A stretch of DNA of 64,000 nucleotides from Eledone cirrhosa (lineage: Eukaryota): contig OZ024743.1 of assembly GCA_964016885.1 (NCBI GenBank), forward strand, positions 346,828,001-346,892,000, written 5' to 3'. The notes beneath the pieces were generated by a model. The model made no database searches and was not told the origin of the DNA. It saw only the letters and a program-made list of their open reading frames with translations. Positions within the stretch are counted from its first letter, which is position 1; each line of letters begins with the position of its first letter. A program made the translations under genes and the position numbers. Below, piece after piece: positions 14,135 to 29,378 of the stretch.

Positions 14135-15855
14135 GGATGGGTGTGTTTGTGTAGAAAGAGAACGAGAGGAATGTGGGGGTAGTGTTATTAATAAAGAAAA
14201 AAAATGATATTTTAGAAATCTACAATATGAAAAGGAAATTTTGTTTAAGAGGCTACGTTACTGTCGTATATCAATGAACAAAAACAGAAAAAAGAAAGAC
14301 ATCGAGAATGCTAGATCACAAAACCAAACAGGCAAATATGTAAGAAAGAGTTCTGATCATATTCAAACGGTTCGTGTCATATTATTTGAGGAAATATCAG
14401 ATAAACCACTAATCCCACTGTTATATCTTAACTCCAACTCCCTACACCAGCGGCCTTTGTTGGTCAAAGTACAACTCATGAGTTTGTCAGGTGTTGCTAT
14501 TAAATGAGACATGTCCTGGGTCAATATATCCCGAAACGTATTAAGATTATCAAAGTTATCTATCATACTCTTAGACACATCAATTAACATAGCTATTGTA
14601 CACACCAAGCTTGTCTAAAGTAAACTCGCATGAAGGATTTGTGAAGTATGTCTGTTCTTATAAGTGCAGTTTCATAGTTTACATCTTAGAACGTTTTATT
14701 TTTTCGTACTTTTATCATTTTATTCTCTAATAATGTGTTCTATTTTTCTTCTTCTTTTCACACACTTTTCAATCGTTTCTTTCCCTACAATATCATCTTC
14801 CATGTTGTCTTTCTATATCTGTCACAGTTCTCTGTCCATTTCTTTTCTCGTTTTCTCATTTTCTTTCTCTATCGCACTCCTACCCATTTTCTCTGATATT
14901 CTTCTGTGAAAATGGCCTACATCTGGAATTTTAGAGGAAATATCCAGGAATCTTCCCCCTTCTCCTTCTATTATTTCTCATTTTTTTCACTTTATGATCC
15001 TCTAATAACCGTTGCTTTGCCCATTCGCAATTGCTATAAACATATTGCAACAGCTGTGTGTCTTCATTTTCAGGAACACAAATACAAACGCATTCCATAT
15101 GGAGGCCGACTACCTTCTAAACAGCACCATTATTTATGGTTTTCAATTGCTTTTTTTTTTCTTTTAAAATTAAGCTATTGTCCTATATTGGAAATATTAT
15201 TATTTTTGGTGTTGTTAATATAATTTTTATTTTATGACAGAATTGCTATTTAGTAAGTTAAATATATTGCCCACATTCGGATTTGCGTTTCTTACATTCG
15301 CGTTCGATAAAATAAGTATCAGTGAAATATTGAAGTCCATTAGGTCAATGCTTTCATCCGCTCAAATTTCGTAGAGCATTTTAATCGAGCTAAAAGTGCA
15401 GCCATTGGGATATCACGAAATTAATGGGCGAGCATATATTTACACTGGTCGACTCATTGATTTAACTTCATCAGAATCATTTCCAAATTTGTTATAATTA
15501 TTTATGTGGGTGATGGATTACCAGAACCGTTAGAGCATCGGACAATATTTCTTCCGGGGTGTGATCCGGCTCTTTATATTCTCAGATTAAACCCCACTCG
15601 TGCCGATTAAAGCAAATTGCCTCACATCTCAAAATGACTTGCCTTGAGTTTAAATTAGAAGTCATTGTTATTGTTATTGTTGTTCTGCCTGTTATTATTC
15701 TAATTATTGTTATCTTTAACAACATCATTAAAGACTCCATTGTATAACGAACAAAGTTCCGTGTTGTAAGCATTTGGTCATTGGTATATGTATTACACTC
15801 CACTCATGGTAATTACACATCCTCTCCAGTATTTGTCTATCGACATGTACGTTTG

Positions 15856-15959
<104 letters not shown>

Positions 15960-16513
15960 CAAGTCTTTTCATGGAATAAAGAAAAAAGAGAGCCCTATGT
16001 CATGTACAGAGCTAAATATTATTATCAATATGTTCACAACAAAGTTGCTGAATACCTATGGTTTCAAAGCCTACGTCAGCACAGGTCATGGTGACACTAT
16101 TTCTCTCCATTATAATAATCAGCAACTAACATGGATAGTATCTCAATGATCTATCTTAGAGTTGGCTGTGAAACCTTAGGTAGCAAGCACAACAAGTTAC
16201 ACAAAAATCTCTTGAGCAGGCGGTCTCATTGATCCAATGATAAAACACTCATCATCAAAACCGACGGTGATCCCCTACATTCACCACTAGCAATATAAAC
16301 AATTTCTGTCTACAGTATAATGAATTAATTCCTGTGCTTCAGTAAGTACGCGTTCTGGGGAAACGGAAGGAGAAACTACGGACAGTGCATTCTTTATGCA
16401 ATCCTAATAAATATATTCATATTTGTCGTCTTAAGCTCTCCGTTTAACATTTATTTCCATATACATACCCATAGGCACACAAACACACCCACATCAAAAA
16501 ATATACATATATG

Positions 16514-16602
<89 letters not shown>

Positions 16603-17113
16603 ACAAGCTACGAGCAACCTATATTTTGGTTTGCAGACATCAGTGGATTGTGCCGGAACGCGATAGGGCGTCGAAGTCAATACTTTGTTTGCCAATATCA
16701 TTTACGTCCCTTTGCGCACGTAAGTCTTTCTAAATCTCGCCGGCGTAGAGTTTGAATTCCATCTCAATGACATCGATGAAATAATATACAGTATTACAAT
16801 CGCTTTAATTGAATGGATATATTCTTTAAACAGTTCATATCTTTTAGCTGATGTCATTGCTTTATATTTACGTTTTTCCCTCTGACTATCTTCTCGTCTT
16901 TATATCTGTATCTATAATTTATATAATTATGTCTACCGCTATTATGTTCGACTGACCAACATACTATACACACTGCCGATGGACTGGACATATTTCAATG
17001 CCTCTATCTTCTTATAGGGTCTGTTTATGTTCTTAGTGTATTTCAGTCTTTCCACAGATATCTTCTACAAGTACTTCATTTTATTGTGAATTCATATATT
17101 ATGTTTATATATA

Positions 17114-17144
<31 letters not shown>

Positions 17145-17253
17145 GCAGTTTTCCATTTGAGTGCATGTTGATTCACATAAGTACTCGCGCACATAAACAA
17201 ACACACACAGACACAGTCACACACACATACACACACACACACACACACTCACA

Positions 17254-17343
<90 letters not shown>

Positions 17344-17746
17344 GCGATAGAGAAAGAGAGAGGGGGAGATGGAATTTTGACTCATAACTGTGTCGGCGTG
17401 TAAGTAGCATATATGAGAAATATTGATGTAGATATCTGTAGAAGCTTTTCTAGAAAATAAAATACAGGAAAATAACCACAGGAGGAAAATAAATATTTCG
17501 AGGGTTGAAGTTAATAGGAAAAATAAATAAAAGATAAAGAAATGGGGTGGAAGGTGGATCCTGATGGACAGATGTGTTTTGAGGATTGTAAATGCTGGTT
17601 TAAGTAAACAAACCTAAAACATACATACTCTACGTCTGGGCGTCATCATTGAAATTAAACACATTCGCAGACCAACGAATAGTTTATGTTTACACACAAA
17701 CACACACATGTGTGTGTGTATATTTATATATATACACACTCACACG

Positions 17747-17809
<63 letters not shown>

Positions 17810-18303
17810 TTACACACAAACATATACGTATATATGCATGTATAACTATCTATCTATATATATATATATATATATAATATAATATATATGTATATGCACC
17901 AGAACCATAGTGATTTCCAGAAGCCGACTGAGGAAATTGGACTGCCCGTCTTTCATTTGGTTTTTCTCCCAAGAGAAGCTTATGTCTTTATACATTTATT
18001 AAACTCGAACAGGCTTAAACTAGTCTATTTAGTTCTTCATTAACCTACATTTTCCTAGTATTTTTGTCAAGGAAAAGAATGAAGAACGAAAGTTGCTTGC
18101 CAGAGGTCAAGGTTAAATGATTGGCCTCACGGAGTTTGACCTGATGTTATTCGTCGTCGTCGTCTTCTTCTCCTTCTCCTTCTCCTCCGCCTCCTCCTCG
18201 GTCGCTTGTATTCTTTAAATCGTTACACAAGATTCATAACCATAGGTAAGGGTTGGCTCGAATACCAAAATGAAGATAGTGTGTGTGTGTGTGTGTGTGT
18301 GTG

Positions 18304-18459
<156 letters not shown>

Positions 18460-19256
18460 ATGTATATGCATAAATATTTACATATACAAATGATATAATC
18501 CATCGTCTTAGAAATAGGAACGACATGCTATGGCATAAAATTTAATCCATAGATTATTAAGAAAAATATTATAAACAAATAAATATAAAAGCCCCTTTAG
18601 GAAATTTAAAATGATAAAATTACAAATAAATAGGGTGGTCGAGAATTTTGAGAGGAATTGTTAATTCCTCTTGGTTCGTTATAATTGATAACGAGTCAGA
18701 AGGGGCTTCATGAAGAGGGTGTCAAACTGAAATGCCTTTAATTGATAGTTCTATAGTCATTTATCTATTTGCTGTCTAAGTGTGTGTATATACGTGTGCG
18801 CGCCTGACTATGTGCCTATGTGTGTGATGCGTGTTCATCAGCAAATTGCTTTTTTTTATTTTTTTATTTCCTTTCTATATGCGAAAAAAAATTTAGGCGG
18901 CCATTCGCTAAATGTTTGACATTTTATTCTTACAGCTTCTTCGAATAATACGTGTCGTTTAAGTTCGTATCAACTGAAATTGAATACACCTAGGGTAAAG
19001 GATTTTCGAACCATGGCCATTCTATTATTTTCAGTTAGTGTATCCAGGCAGAATTCATCTAACACATCTTTCTACTTGCAAGATGGCGATTTGTATCTTG
19101 AAGGAGTTTTTTGCGAGCGAACAAGTAGGGGCCCTTTGATGATTCAGCCAAATATTACATATTGGCAATTGTAAACAAAAGCAATAACAATAGCGACTCA
19201 TCTTTTGCAAACGTGCTAAGTTATAAAGATATTGTGAACATGGGTCAGGAAGGGTA

Positions 19257-19291
<35 letters not shown>

Positions 19292-19294
<3 letters not shown>

Positions 19295-19446
19295 AGAAAA
19301 GATAACACGACAGAGAGATATAGTGTGTGTATGTGTTTTTCAATATAGAGGGAAAACCACCAGTGTATGGAATTTATAAACTACGAGTTTTCCCTGTATA
19401 TTGATAAACACACAGTCTCACTCTTTCGTGTGTTATCTTTTCTACA
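19292..19446. repeat. Imperfect inverted repeat next to a microsatellite
   Basis: tgtagaaaagataacacga..tcaatatagagggaaaac pairs with gttttccctgtatattga..gtgttatcttttctaca. Confidence 0.7.
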
Positions 19447-19772
19447 TATTATATTTGAAGAGCTTAGGATTCCTTTTCCTTTGAGCACATAATTTACAGG
19501 GACTAACGCGAGTCAATGACTCCGTTAATTTATTTTGATATATATATATAGCGTGGCAGAGCTATACCAAAAAAAGCTGTTTTCATGCTCGTCGATTTCA
19601 TTCAGTAAATGGCTAGTTGCAAACTAACATATTTCTGCTTCTAAAAATAAAAAAATTAATAATCGAGAACATCTTATACCTATGGGGTAGAATACTGGGG
19701 TCTTTGTTTATTCGACTTTAGCTTTCTCGTCGAAAACTAGTAACCTTCTGTCTAAATCAGGAACTATACATA

Positions 19773-19983
19773 GGGTGGTGGTTTAGCAAATATTTAAAGC
19801 GTCAGTTGAAATAACTTGGGGTATTTCGTCGTGGCTTTCTCGTTCTGTGTTCAAATCCGACCAAGCACAAATTTGCGTCCCAGGTTTAATGAAATAAAGT
19901 ACTAGTAACGCACCAGTGTCCATTTAATCGACTTTTCTTTCATTCACAACATTGCTGGCCTTGTGCCAAAAGTAGAAACAATT
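19773..19983 (+). mobile_element. SINE family A, diverged
   Basis: Same colinear blocks (gttcaaatcc, aaataaagtactag, gctggccttgtgccaaaagtagaaacaatt). Confidence 0.7.
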
Positions 19984-20805
19984 AATATTATTTGTATGGT
20001 ACATCATGTTATTGTTGTTTTTGTTACTTAGGTATATAACCCCACATCATCAGGCACCCATTTCCTTTGCGTTCCTTTATTCCGTGCCCTGCAATACAAA
20101 GAGGAGGTTTTATTCGTACCATTGAAACCATGCACGTCAGACGCAGAGCAATTATACACACATTAACAGCCACAACACACATCCTCTCTTTCTCATTTTC
20201 TTAATCTATAATCCATCTATCAATCTATATCACTATCTGACTATTTGCCTCGCTATACATCTCCCTACCGCTCTACCTATGTATCTATCTATTTATCTAT
20301 CTATGTTCCACTTGCATCCAACTGAGTCTTTGCCAATACTTTTATTTCATTTATTTATTCTTTTCGAGGACCTCACACACGTTGACCCGCAATAATTACA
20401 ACAATACTCCCATCAACTGACCAGTGTCCATCAATTTTACACTATTTATTATACTGCTGTCTCTTCTAATTTGTTTATGTCAAACTTCATTATCACCCCT
20501 ACTTTGCAATTGCTGCTGTGCCTATTGTTCTTGTTGTTGTCATGGGGCGTTCGTCGTGGTGGAGGTGGTGATGGGGGTGACAGTGGCAGTTATATTCGTA
20601 GTAGCAGTGGCAGTTCTGGTGTCATTTTACCTCCTAGCTAGTCTTTGGGCAAATCATTTTTATTTATTTTAGATTTCGTCTTCTGTCAGTCTCCTGCTAT
20701 CCCCACGCTCTTACATTGTCATTTTAAATGAAGATGCTTACGATATGTATAGACACAACCTAGTTTTCTCTCAGGCTTTCCCTCTCTACCATATGTATGC
20801 ATGTA

Positions 20806-20857
<52 letters not shown>

Positions 20858-20916
20858 CAACATGACCCTCCCAAAGTATAACAATTGTGGTTACCTCCAA
20901 TTCAACCCGGAATAAC

Positions 20917-20954
<38 letters not shown>

Positions 20955-21757
20955 CACTTTAGCAGTTTCACAAAAAAAAATCTATGAAATATGTATTGGG
21001 ATCTAATTGCATTGCCGCCGTCAAATGACTGAAACTTGCAAAAGAATAAAACAATAAAAAAAGTAGTTAAACCGAGGTCTCCATTAGCGAGATAGGTGAG
21101 CAGGTCACCAAACGATATACATGTATGTGGAGTGGCCATGTGGTTAGTGTATTAATTTCACGTTCGTATGCCCATCAGTTCGACACCCGGTGGTGTTTTA
21201 AGTACAACAAAACAGCTTATCTTGCGCTGCTCCAATTCACTTGTCTAAATATGTCTAGCTGAATCTAGATGAGAACTGCGTTGTGAGTGAATTTTTTCTG
21301 CCAAAAGTAATCGAACGTTAATTTCACTAGTAAGCTGTTTTGTTGTTCGAACAATCGAAACACTTGTCGTTCGAACCGATGGAAGTCCACCGAACACACA
21401 CGCGTGTATGTGTGGGCATGTGAGTGTGTGTAGTGTACTGCTATATAGCTACACATATTAGTATGATTATTATATTTCATCAGCCCCTTTAGTTTAATTG
21501 ATGTTGTGGACAGAATGTTAAGAAGAGGTAGGTTTTATTTCCGGTCTAAGGTCAATTTCTACTTTTTATTTATGCGTGCCTCTCTCTCTGTCGCGTTCAC
21601 TCTCTCACTCCCTCCCTATCTATCTATCTATCTGTCTCTTGTATCTGTCGGTCACCTTTAATGTCACCGATACTAACAACATACATTTTTGACCATACCT
21701 CTGCCTCCATCTTGAACTCCCTAAACTCATCACTGATTTATTTCTCCATCAACCTCA

Positions 21758-21802
<45 letters not shown>

Positions 21803-22283
21803 CCTCTCTCCCTCTCCCTCTCTCTCTCTCTCTTTCACTCATTTTCTCTCCATTTCAATCTCTCGTTTCATATATCCACCTCCCAGCCCAATATTTTCCT
21901 CTGCTGTGTTTAGCATGCCTTCCCCTTTTACTGTCACTACTGTAATCCACGTACCATTAATTACTAACACTGCCGCTCACTACTAACTCCACCACCGCCA
22001 CCACCACCACCACCACCACCACCAACACTATAGTTCTCCGCCAACACAACATCCTCATCATCTTATATGTATATCCTTCCTTCTTGTTATCTTGTTATAT
22101 TATTTATCATAGAACCTTGGCCGAACACACACTCACATATATACATACACACATATGTTCATTTTGTTTCGGTCATTGATGTGCGGCCATGCTGTAGTAG
22201 GGTCATCAATAGATTTAATACTTATTTCAATTATATCGAACTGATGAGTTACGGGACATAAAGGTATACAATATAACAAACGC

Positions 22284-22362
<79 letters not shown>

Positions 22363-23198
22363 TCCTACACGCACCACGCATATAGATGAATCTGTGTGTG
22401 CGTGTGCCTGTCTTTCGGTGGCAATAAGGCAAGTCGAAAACTGATATGACCTCCAAACTCTCACCTCTTACCTCTCACCCTACGCTATGATCGTCGTCAT
22501 TGTCTTTTAATATAATTTCCCTACTAAGCATCCTCCTCATCATTTCCCATCCTTCATCTTTCCCAGTCCCAATCCCCAATCTTCTTCATATTCCCTATTT
22601 ATATTTCGTTTTAAGCCCTTCTTTATTACTAATATTTTTATTGTTATTATTTGTGCTGTCGTGTTGTTTGCTGTGCTTTTTATTGATTGTTTTGTATTTG
22701 TTCTTTTATCTCCGTGTGTGTGTGTTTGTGTGTGTATGTGTATGTGTGTGTTTTCTCTTTGTTTCACACCGCTCTCCCCACTACTCTACTATCTTCTACC
22801 CAACATATTTTCCAGAACCAGCTACACACACGTACACACACAGACACATACATACACTCATCCATTATATTCATTTTTAAACACATCTCCCCCCCCCCCC
22901 CCCACGTCCAGTTTCTTCCTTTCTCTGTCATACTTTACTTGTCTTCTTTCCAGCCTCACACCGCTCATCTTTCCATATTTATTTATCTCTCTCTTTCTCT
23001 CGTTAGAAATAATACATTACACCCACACTCAACACCTCATAACCCGTATCTACACACATGCACATATATGTATTTCATATTTCCTATGTGTGTATGTGTG
23101 TTTATAAATACATATACACAGACAGACGATATCACTCAACATTTTACACACATGAAACATACAGACATTGACATAATTTATACTCAGACATAGACACA

Positions 23199-23276
<78 letters not shown>

Positions 23277-23713
23277 AACATACACACACACATACATACA
23301 CAGACAAGATAGAAAAGTCCCGACCTCGGACCAAGAGTGTCAAGAGCTTGTCAAACATTGAGAAATTGCGCTCCCGAGAGATTTTAACATGGTTTGACGC
23401 GAATCACCGCTCACGCCCTGCCTCGCCACCGTCCACTTCGCCCTGCTGGGTCTCCCCTCCCTATACCAACCTCATGCCGAACCTCACACCAAGATGCTTC
23501 GCATCCTACACCGCATCACACCTCACTCTACACCCACCAACTTTGATAGCATCTTTTTCCACTAATTACTGAAAATTTTCTCTGACAATCATATTATATC
23601 TCTAAACAGTGGGAGCTATGGCAGACTCCCCCTCTCTCTCTCTCTCTCTATCGCTCCCTCCTCTGTATGTATGTATACGTGTATATATATGTATGTATAC
23701 GTGTATCTATCTA

Positions 23714-23763
<50 letters not shown>

Positions 23764-24157
23764 CGCGTGTGTGGACATACAGAGAAGAGTGAAAGGTGAA
23801 GGGATCAAATATAGTGAGGGGTCTCCAGCATGACCGCAGTCCATGAGTGAAATCAGAAAAAAGTGTACATAATAAAAAAAAAAAACTTCAGTCATATTTT
23901 CCTTCTCATACTTTATTGCTACACCTTTCTTTCTTCGCCCTCTCTACATATATGTCTATTTGGTTTAAGTCTGTACATATGTCAAATCATTTCCCCTTCA
24001 TCCATTGTCCACCTTACTTGAAAACCACTTCACCACCAACCTCAACCATCTAAGCAAACACCAGCCACGAAAACCTACCATCAAATCTCACATATTCTAA
24101 ACGATGTAGATTGAATGAGCCAGACGATGAAGTCACATCAAGCACAGATTCATTATA

Positions 24158-24300
24158 TTTCCCTGGCGGTACTTGTCGGCTATCGGACTCGTCCCGGTAT
24201 TTAGCCTTGGATGGAGCTTACCACCCGCTTTGGGCTGCGTTCCCAAGCAACCCGACTCTCGGGCCGAAGAAAGAGACACTGTCGATCGCTGCCGGCTCCG
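24158..24300 (-). rRNA. Isolated ~100-140 nt fragment of 28S (LSU) rRNA, a non-functional dispersed copy
   Basis: The reverse complement of 24158-24258 reads gagtcgggttgcttgggaacgcagcccaaagcgggtggtaagctccatccaaggctaaataccgggacgagtccgatagccgacaagtaccgccagggaaa, the conserved LSU core between D1 and D2. The GC-rich 24259-24300 may be adjoining D1 sequence. No other rDNA flanks it. Confidence 0.9.
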
Positions 24301-25561
24301 AATTGGCAGTATCAGTAGAGGGGTGGACGCCATGTTTTCTAGCATAGTTACGTCCCTTTACAGTCTGAGTTCAAATCCCGCCGAGGTTAACTTTGCCTTT
24401 CATCCTTACGGGGTCGATAAAATAAAGTACCAGTCAGTAATGTACTGGGTAATTGCAGGCCTTGTGCCTAAAGTAGAAACAATTATATATTATATATTAA
24501 TATTTCTGTACATCTCAAACACCACTGGTCAGTATTCCTGGGGCTAAACAATTACAACGATCACACAAAACGATAGCGTCGTTCTTCTAACATATTTTAC
24601 TGCTGTAATAGTCAACTTCCTTTGACTTTACGTTTCATTTCATAATGGTATTGACAGTACCAGTAGAGTGTCGGACAACATTTTTTTCAGCATAGAGTCA
24701 CGGCCCTTTATGTTCTGTGGTCAAATTAAGCAGGGATTGGCTTTACCTTTCATTCTTATGGGGTCGATAAAGTAAAATGACAGTCACATACTGGGATAAA
24801 TTTAATCCACTTTCCCCTTCCCCTAAATTGCTGACCTTGTGCTATAGTAGAAATCATTATGATTGGCGGTGGATTGGCAGTATCGGTAGAGGGTCGGACG
24901 CCATGCTTTGACTCATAGAGTTCCGGCCCTTGCCATTCATAGTTCAAATCCCGCCGAGGTTAACTTTGCCTTTCATCCTTACGGGGTCAATAAATTAAAG
25001 TACCAGTAATGCACAAGGGTCGAGTTAATCAAATTTTCCCTTTTCTAAAATTATTGACCGTGTGACTAAATCAGTAACTTTTATTATCCTTATTACAGCC
25101 CATTGCGTTCTGTCTTCAAATCCTGCTGAGGATAACTATGCCTTTCATCCCTACGGAGTCGATAAAATAAAGTACCAGTAAGGCACTGAGGTTGATTTAT
25201 TCAACTATCCCCTTCCTATAAAATTGTTGACCTTTTGGCAAATATAGAAACAATTATTGAACTACAAGAATGTGCTTCCCAGTTCTTTACGAATCATCCC
25301 AAGATGTTTGATTTGATAACTTAACTTTTATTTAAATTGCTCTATACTTCCTTATCTTTCTCTCTCTCATTGCGGTGGATTGGCAGTATCGGTACAGGGT
25401 CGGACGCCATGCTTTAACACATAGAGTTACGGCCCTTGCCATTCTGAGTTCAAATCCCGCCGAGGTTAACTTTGCCTTTCATCCTTACGGGGTCGATAAA
25501 ATAAAGTACCAGTAATACACTGAGATAATTGATGGCCTTGTGCCAAAAGTAAAAACAATTA
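24300..25561 (+). mobile_element. Cluster of five same-strand family A SINEs (~24300-24484, 24646-24860, 24865-25085, 25095-25258, 25372-25561)
   Basis: Repeated ggtggattggcagtatcggtaga head, gagttcaaatcccgccgaggttaactttgcctttcatccttacggggtcgataaaataaagtaccag core and common tail. Confidence 0.88.
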
Positions 25562-25565
25562 TCGG

Positions 25566-25596
<31 letters not shown>

Positions 25597-25678
25597 GTAT
25601 ATATTTAAGTATATATATATGTGTGTGTGTGTATAGTCATATCACCTCCATGTACCCGAGAACTATATAGAAGACATA

Positions 25679-25740
<62 letters not shown>

Positions 25741-26214
25741 TCTCTCTCTCTCTCTACTATTTCTCTCACAGTAGAGCCATTTAATTTGGTCGCAAGTCTT
25801 CACCCGCCTTTCTTTTCTCCATCCATCTTATCTCCCTTCTCTGTCGCTCTCAACACGTCCCTTGCCATCCATTCATCACACACGAGTCCATATTATTTTT
25901 TAATCACTCATTCTCTTAACAGCCGTAGCCGTCTGTAAACATTCTTCCGTTGTGTCCATCCCAGTTTCTGCCCCATCATAGGATATTTTGATGCCATCAA
26001 ATCTGAAAGGGTGTGGCACATATTAATAATATTGTATTCTGTTCCTCCCTTCAAAGTCTCTTTTCAAACCGTGAAGAACAACAAAAGATGCATGGTGCCT
26101 GGGGGCGGCTTGCTTATCCAGTGGAGAGAGATTACAAAAATTTGCACAAGCTATTTCGATCATCGCTCAATTTCTACTCAACCCCTATTTACCCACGTCT
26201 GCATACACTCTATG

Positions 26215-26266
26215 TGTATATATCTGTATGTATTCATACATTTGTGTGTGTATATATATATATGTA

Positions 26267-26316
<50 letters not shown>

Positions 26317-26356
26317 GTATATATATATACTATATATATATATATATGTATTTATG

Positions 26357-26393
<37 letters not shown>

Positions 26394-26522
26394 GTATATA
26401 TATGTATATATATATATGTATATATATGTATATATATATATGTATATATATGTATATATATATATATGTATATATATGTATATATATATGTATATATATA
26501 TTTGTATGTATATATATATTTG

Positions 26523-26555
<33 letters not shown>

Positions 26556-26910
26556 GTATAAATATATATCTATGTATATATATATATATGTATATATATA
26601 TGTATATATATGTATATATATGTATATATATGTATATGTATATGTATATATATGTATATGTATATATATATATGTATATATATGTATATATATGTATATA
26701 TATGTATATATATGTATATATATATATATATGTATATATATGTATATATATGTATATGTATATATATGTATATATATATGTATATATATGTATATGTATA
26801 TATATATGTATATATATGTATATATATGTATATATATGTATATATATGTATATATATGTATATATATGTATATATATGTATATATGTATATATATCTATA
26901 TATATGTATA

Positions 26911-26982
<72 letters not shown>
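26215..26982. repeat. ~770-bp (TA)n array punctuated by TG, with ~10-nt periodicity in its distal part
   Basis: Direct inspection (tatatatgta units). Confidence 0.95.
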
Positions 26983-26986
<4 letters not shown>

Positions 26987-28519
26987 CCGTATGTGTATAG
27001 TATTCACCCAGGTCTAGATACACTCTGCGTGTCTATTTCTGTATGTATGTATGCATTTACGATTATCTATATATATTATTCATATTTCAGGCAGCCACAT
27101 ATACAAAATATAGGGACACTTCCATCTTTAATAGGTGTACAGCGTTAAGTTTTGTTCGTAATCATGTGTATTGTGTATGTATATGTATATATATGATACG
27201 TTTCGCAATATGTGTATAAGACACGTTTGTCAATGATCTATGCATATACACACATTCAAAAAGATCCCGACCTTTCTGTCTATGGTCTCTTTCTATATGA
27301 TTTCTATGCTGACCAACTGCATCAGATAAGTAAACAAACAACAAAAACTACTGCATCGATCAATTGACCTTCAACATATTTCTTTTATGTTATTTTTTCG
27401 CTCCCCTGTTTGATTTTATTTTCTTTCTTATCGTATTGACCACTCTTTCACTTTTTCTGATATTTTTCTCTCTTTCTCAGCATGTAATACACTCCAGCCC
27501 CTCTAGCTACATATCTATTCCCTTTTCTTACTAGGTATCACTCGCCACGCTTTCCTTCTCTGCCTGCTTCTTTCGTTTACTCTCCGATTCTGACTTAATC
27601 TTTCCATTCCTCCTCTAAGTCTCGTATTTCTTTTTAAAGTCCGTTTCCGTTTTCCCTCCACTCTCGTTAATTATCTATTTGTTCTCTCCCTCCCCCTCTC
27701 TCTCTCTCTCTCTCTCTCGCTCACAACTTTCGTTCTCTATGTCTCTGATTGTATTTCGGCCTGTCTCTGTTACTATCTGTGTGTGTGTGTGTGTGTGTCT
27801 GTTTGTCTGTCTTTATGTCTGTATGTATATCACCCCTCTCTCAGTTTATCATTTTCAAACCACCGCTTGTTCATCCTTCTACACAAACTCTCCATCGCCG
27901 ATGTCATCGACTTCCTTTTTGTCATTACCACTGTCACCATCATTACCACAACGAATATCAACATCACCAACACACACTATCATTATCATTATCACCATTG
28001 TCTTCAAAATCATCTGCCCTTAGGAGTCTTACAAGCTTTGTCACGTGACTGTTCTCTCTCTCTCTTGTTACGCCATTTTCTTTTGCTGGTGTTTATTTAT
28101 AATTTTTTTCCTATGATTTGTATTCAATTTGTTTTTTTTTCTTTAAATCTTTATATGTATTATTTAATTTTAATTTCGTCGAATACATAATCTCTCACTA
28201 TCCCTATCTATCTATATCAATATCAGTATATTTATCTATCTATCTATCTAAGTTTCCCTCTCTATATCCTCGCTGTAATTCCCATTTTCTTTGTTTCTTT
28301 CTCACTATGTCTGCCATATTCACACATTCATGAACACGTTCATACACACACACACACACACACACATTTACAGCATCTTACAGAGACAGGCATATGTACC
28401 CAACAATACAATATGCATTGGCACACTTCAACATAGGTTCAGCAGTTGCATGTTGTGACAGCAATTTTAGGCGCATGTTTGCAAGTACATACATACAAAC
28501 ATGCACTCGCACACACATA

Positions 28520-29083
<564 letters not shown>

Positions 29084-29378
29084 CTGGTAAACACTTTTTA
29101 AAATATCCAAACCGAATTATAAGCATTCTCTACTTTTCTCTTTTCTTTCTGCCATTATTCCTACACCTACTACACACACATACATACACACAGACACGTG
29201 TTCACACACTGTGCAATCGTCGGATCAAGCAGCATTATTGACAAACGTCCATCACAGCGGGTTTTCATCATTTTCATCATTTGTTTTTACTCTGGACGGC
29301 AGCCGCCTTGGCATCATACCCAACCTCATCCCCACGGCTCATGTCTCATTTCTTCTTATTGTTGTTATTATTATTATT

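Noticed and set aside
24300-25561. CRISPR-like repeat/spacer appearance
   Set aside because: Units are ~160-220 nt SINEs with A/B boxes and irregular spacing, in a eukaryotic context with no cas genes.
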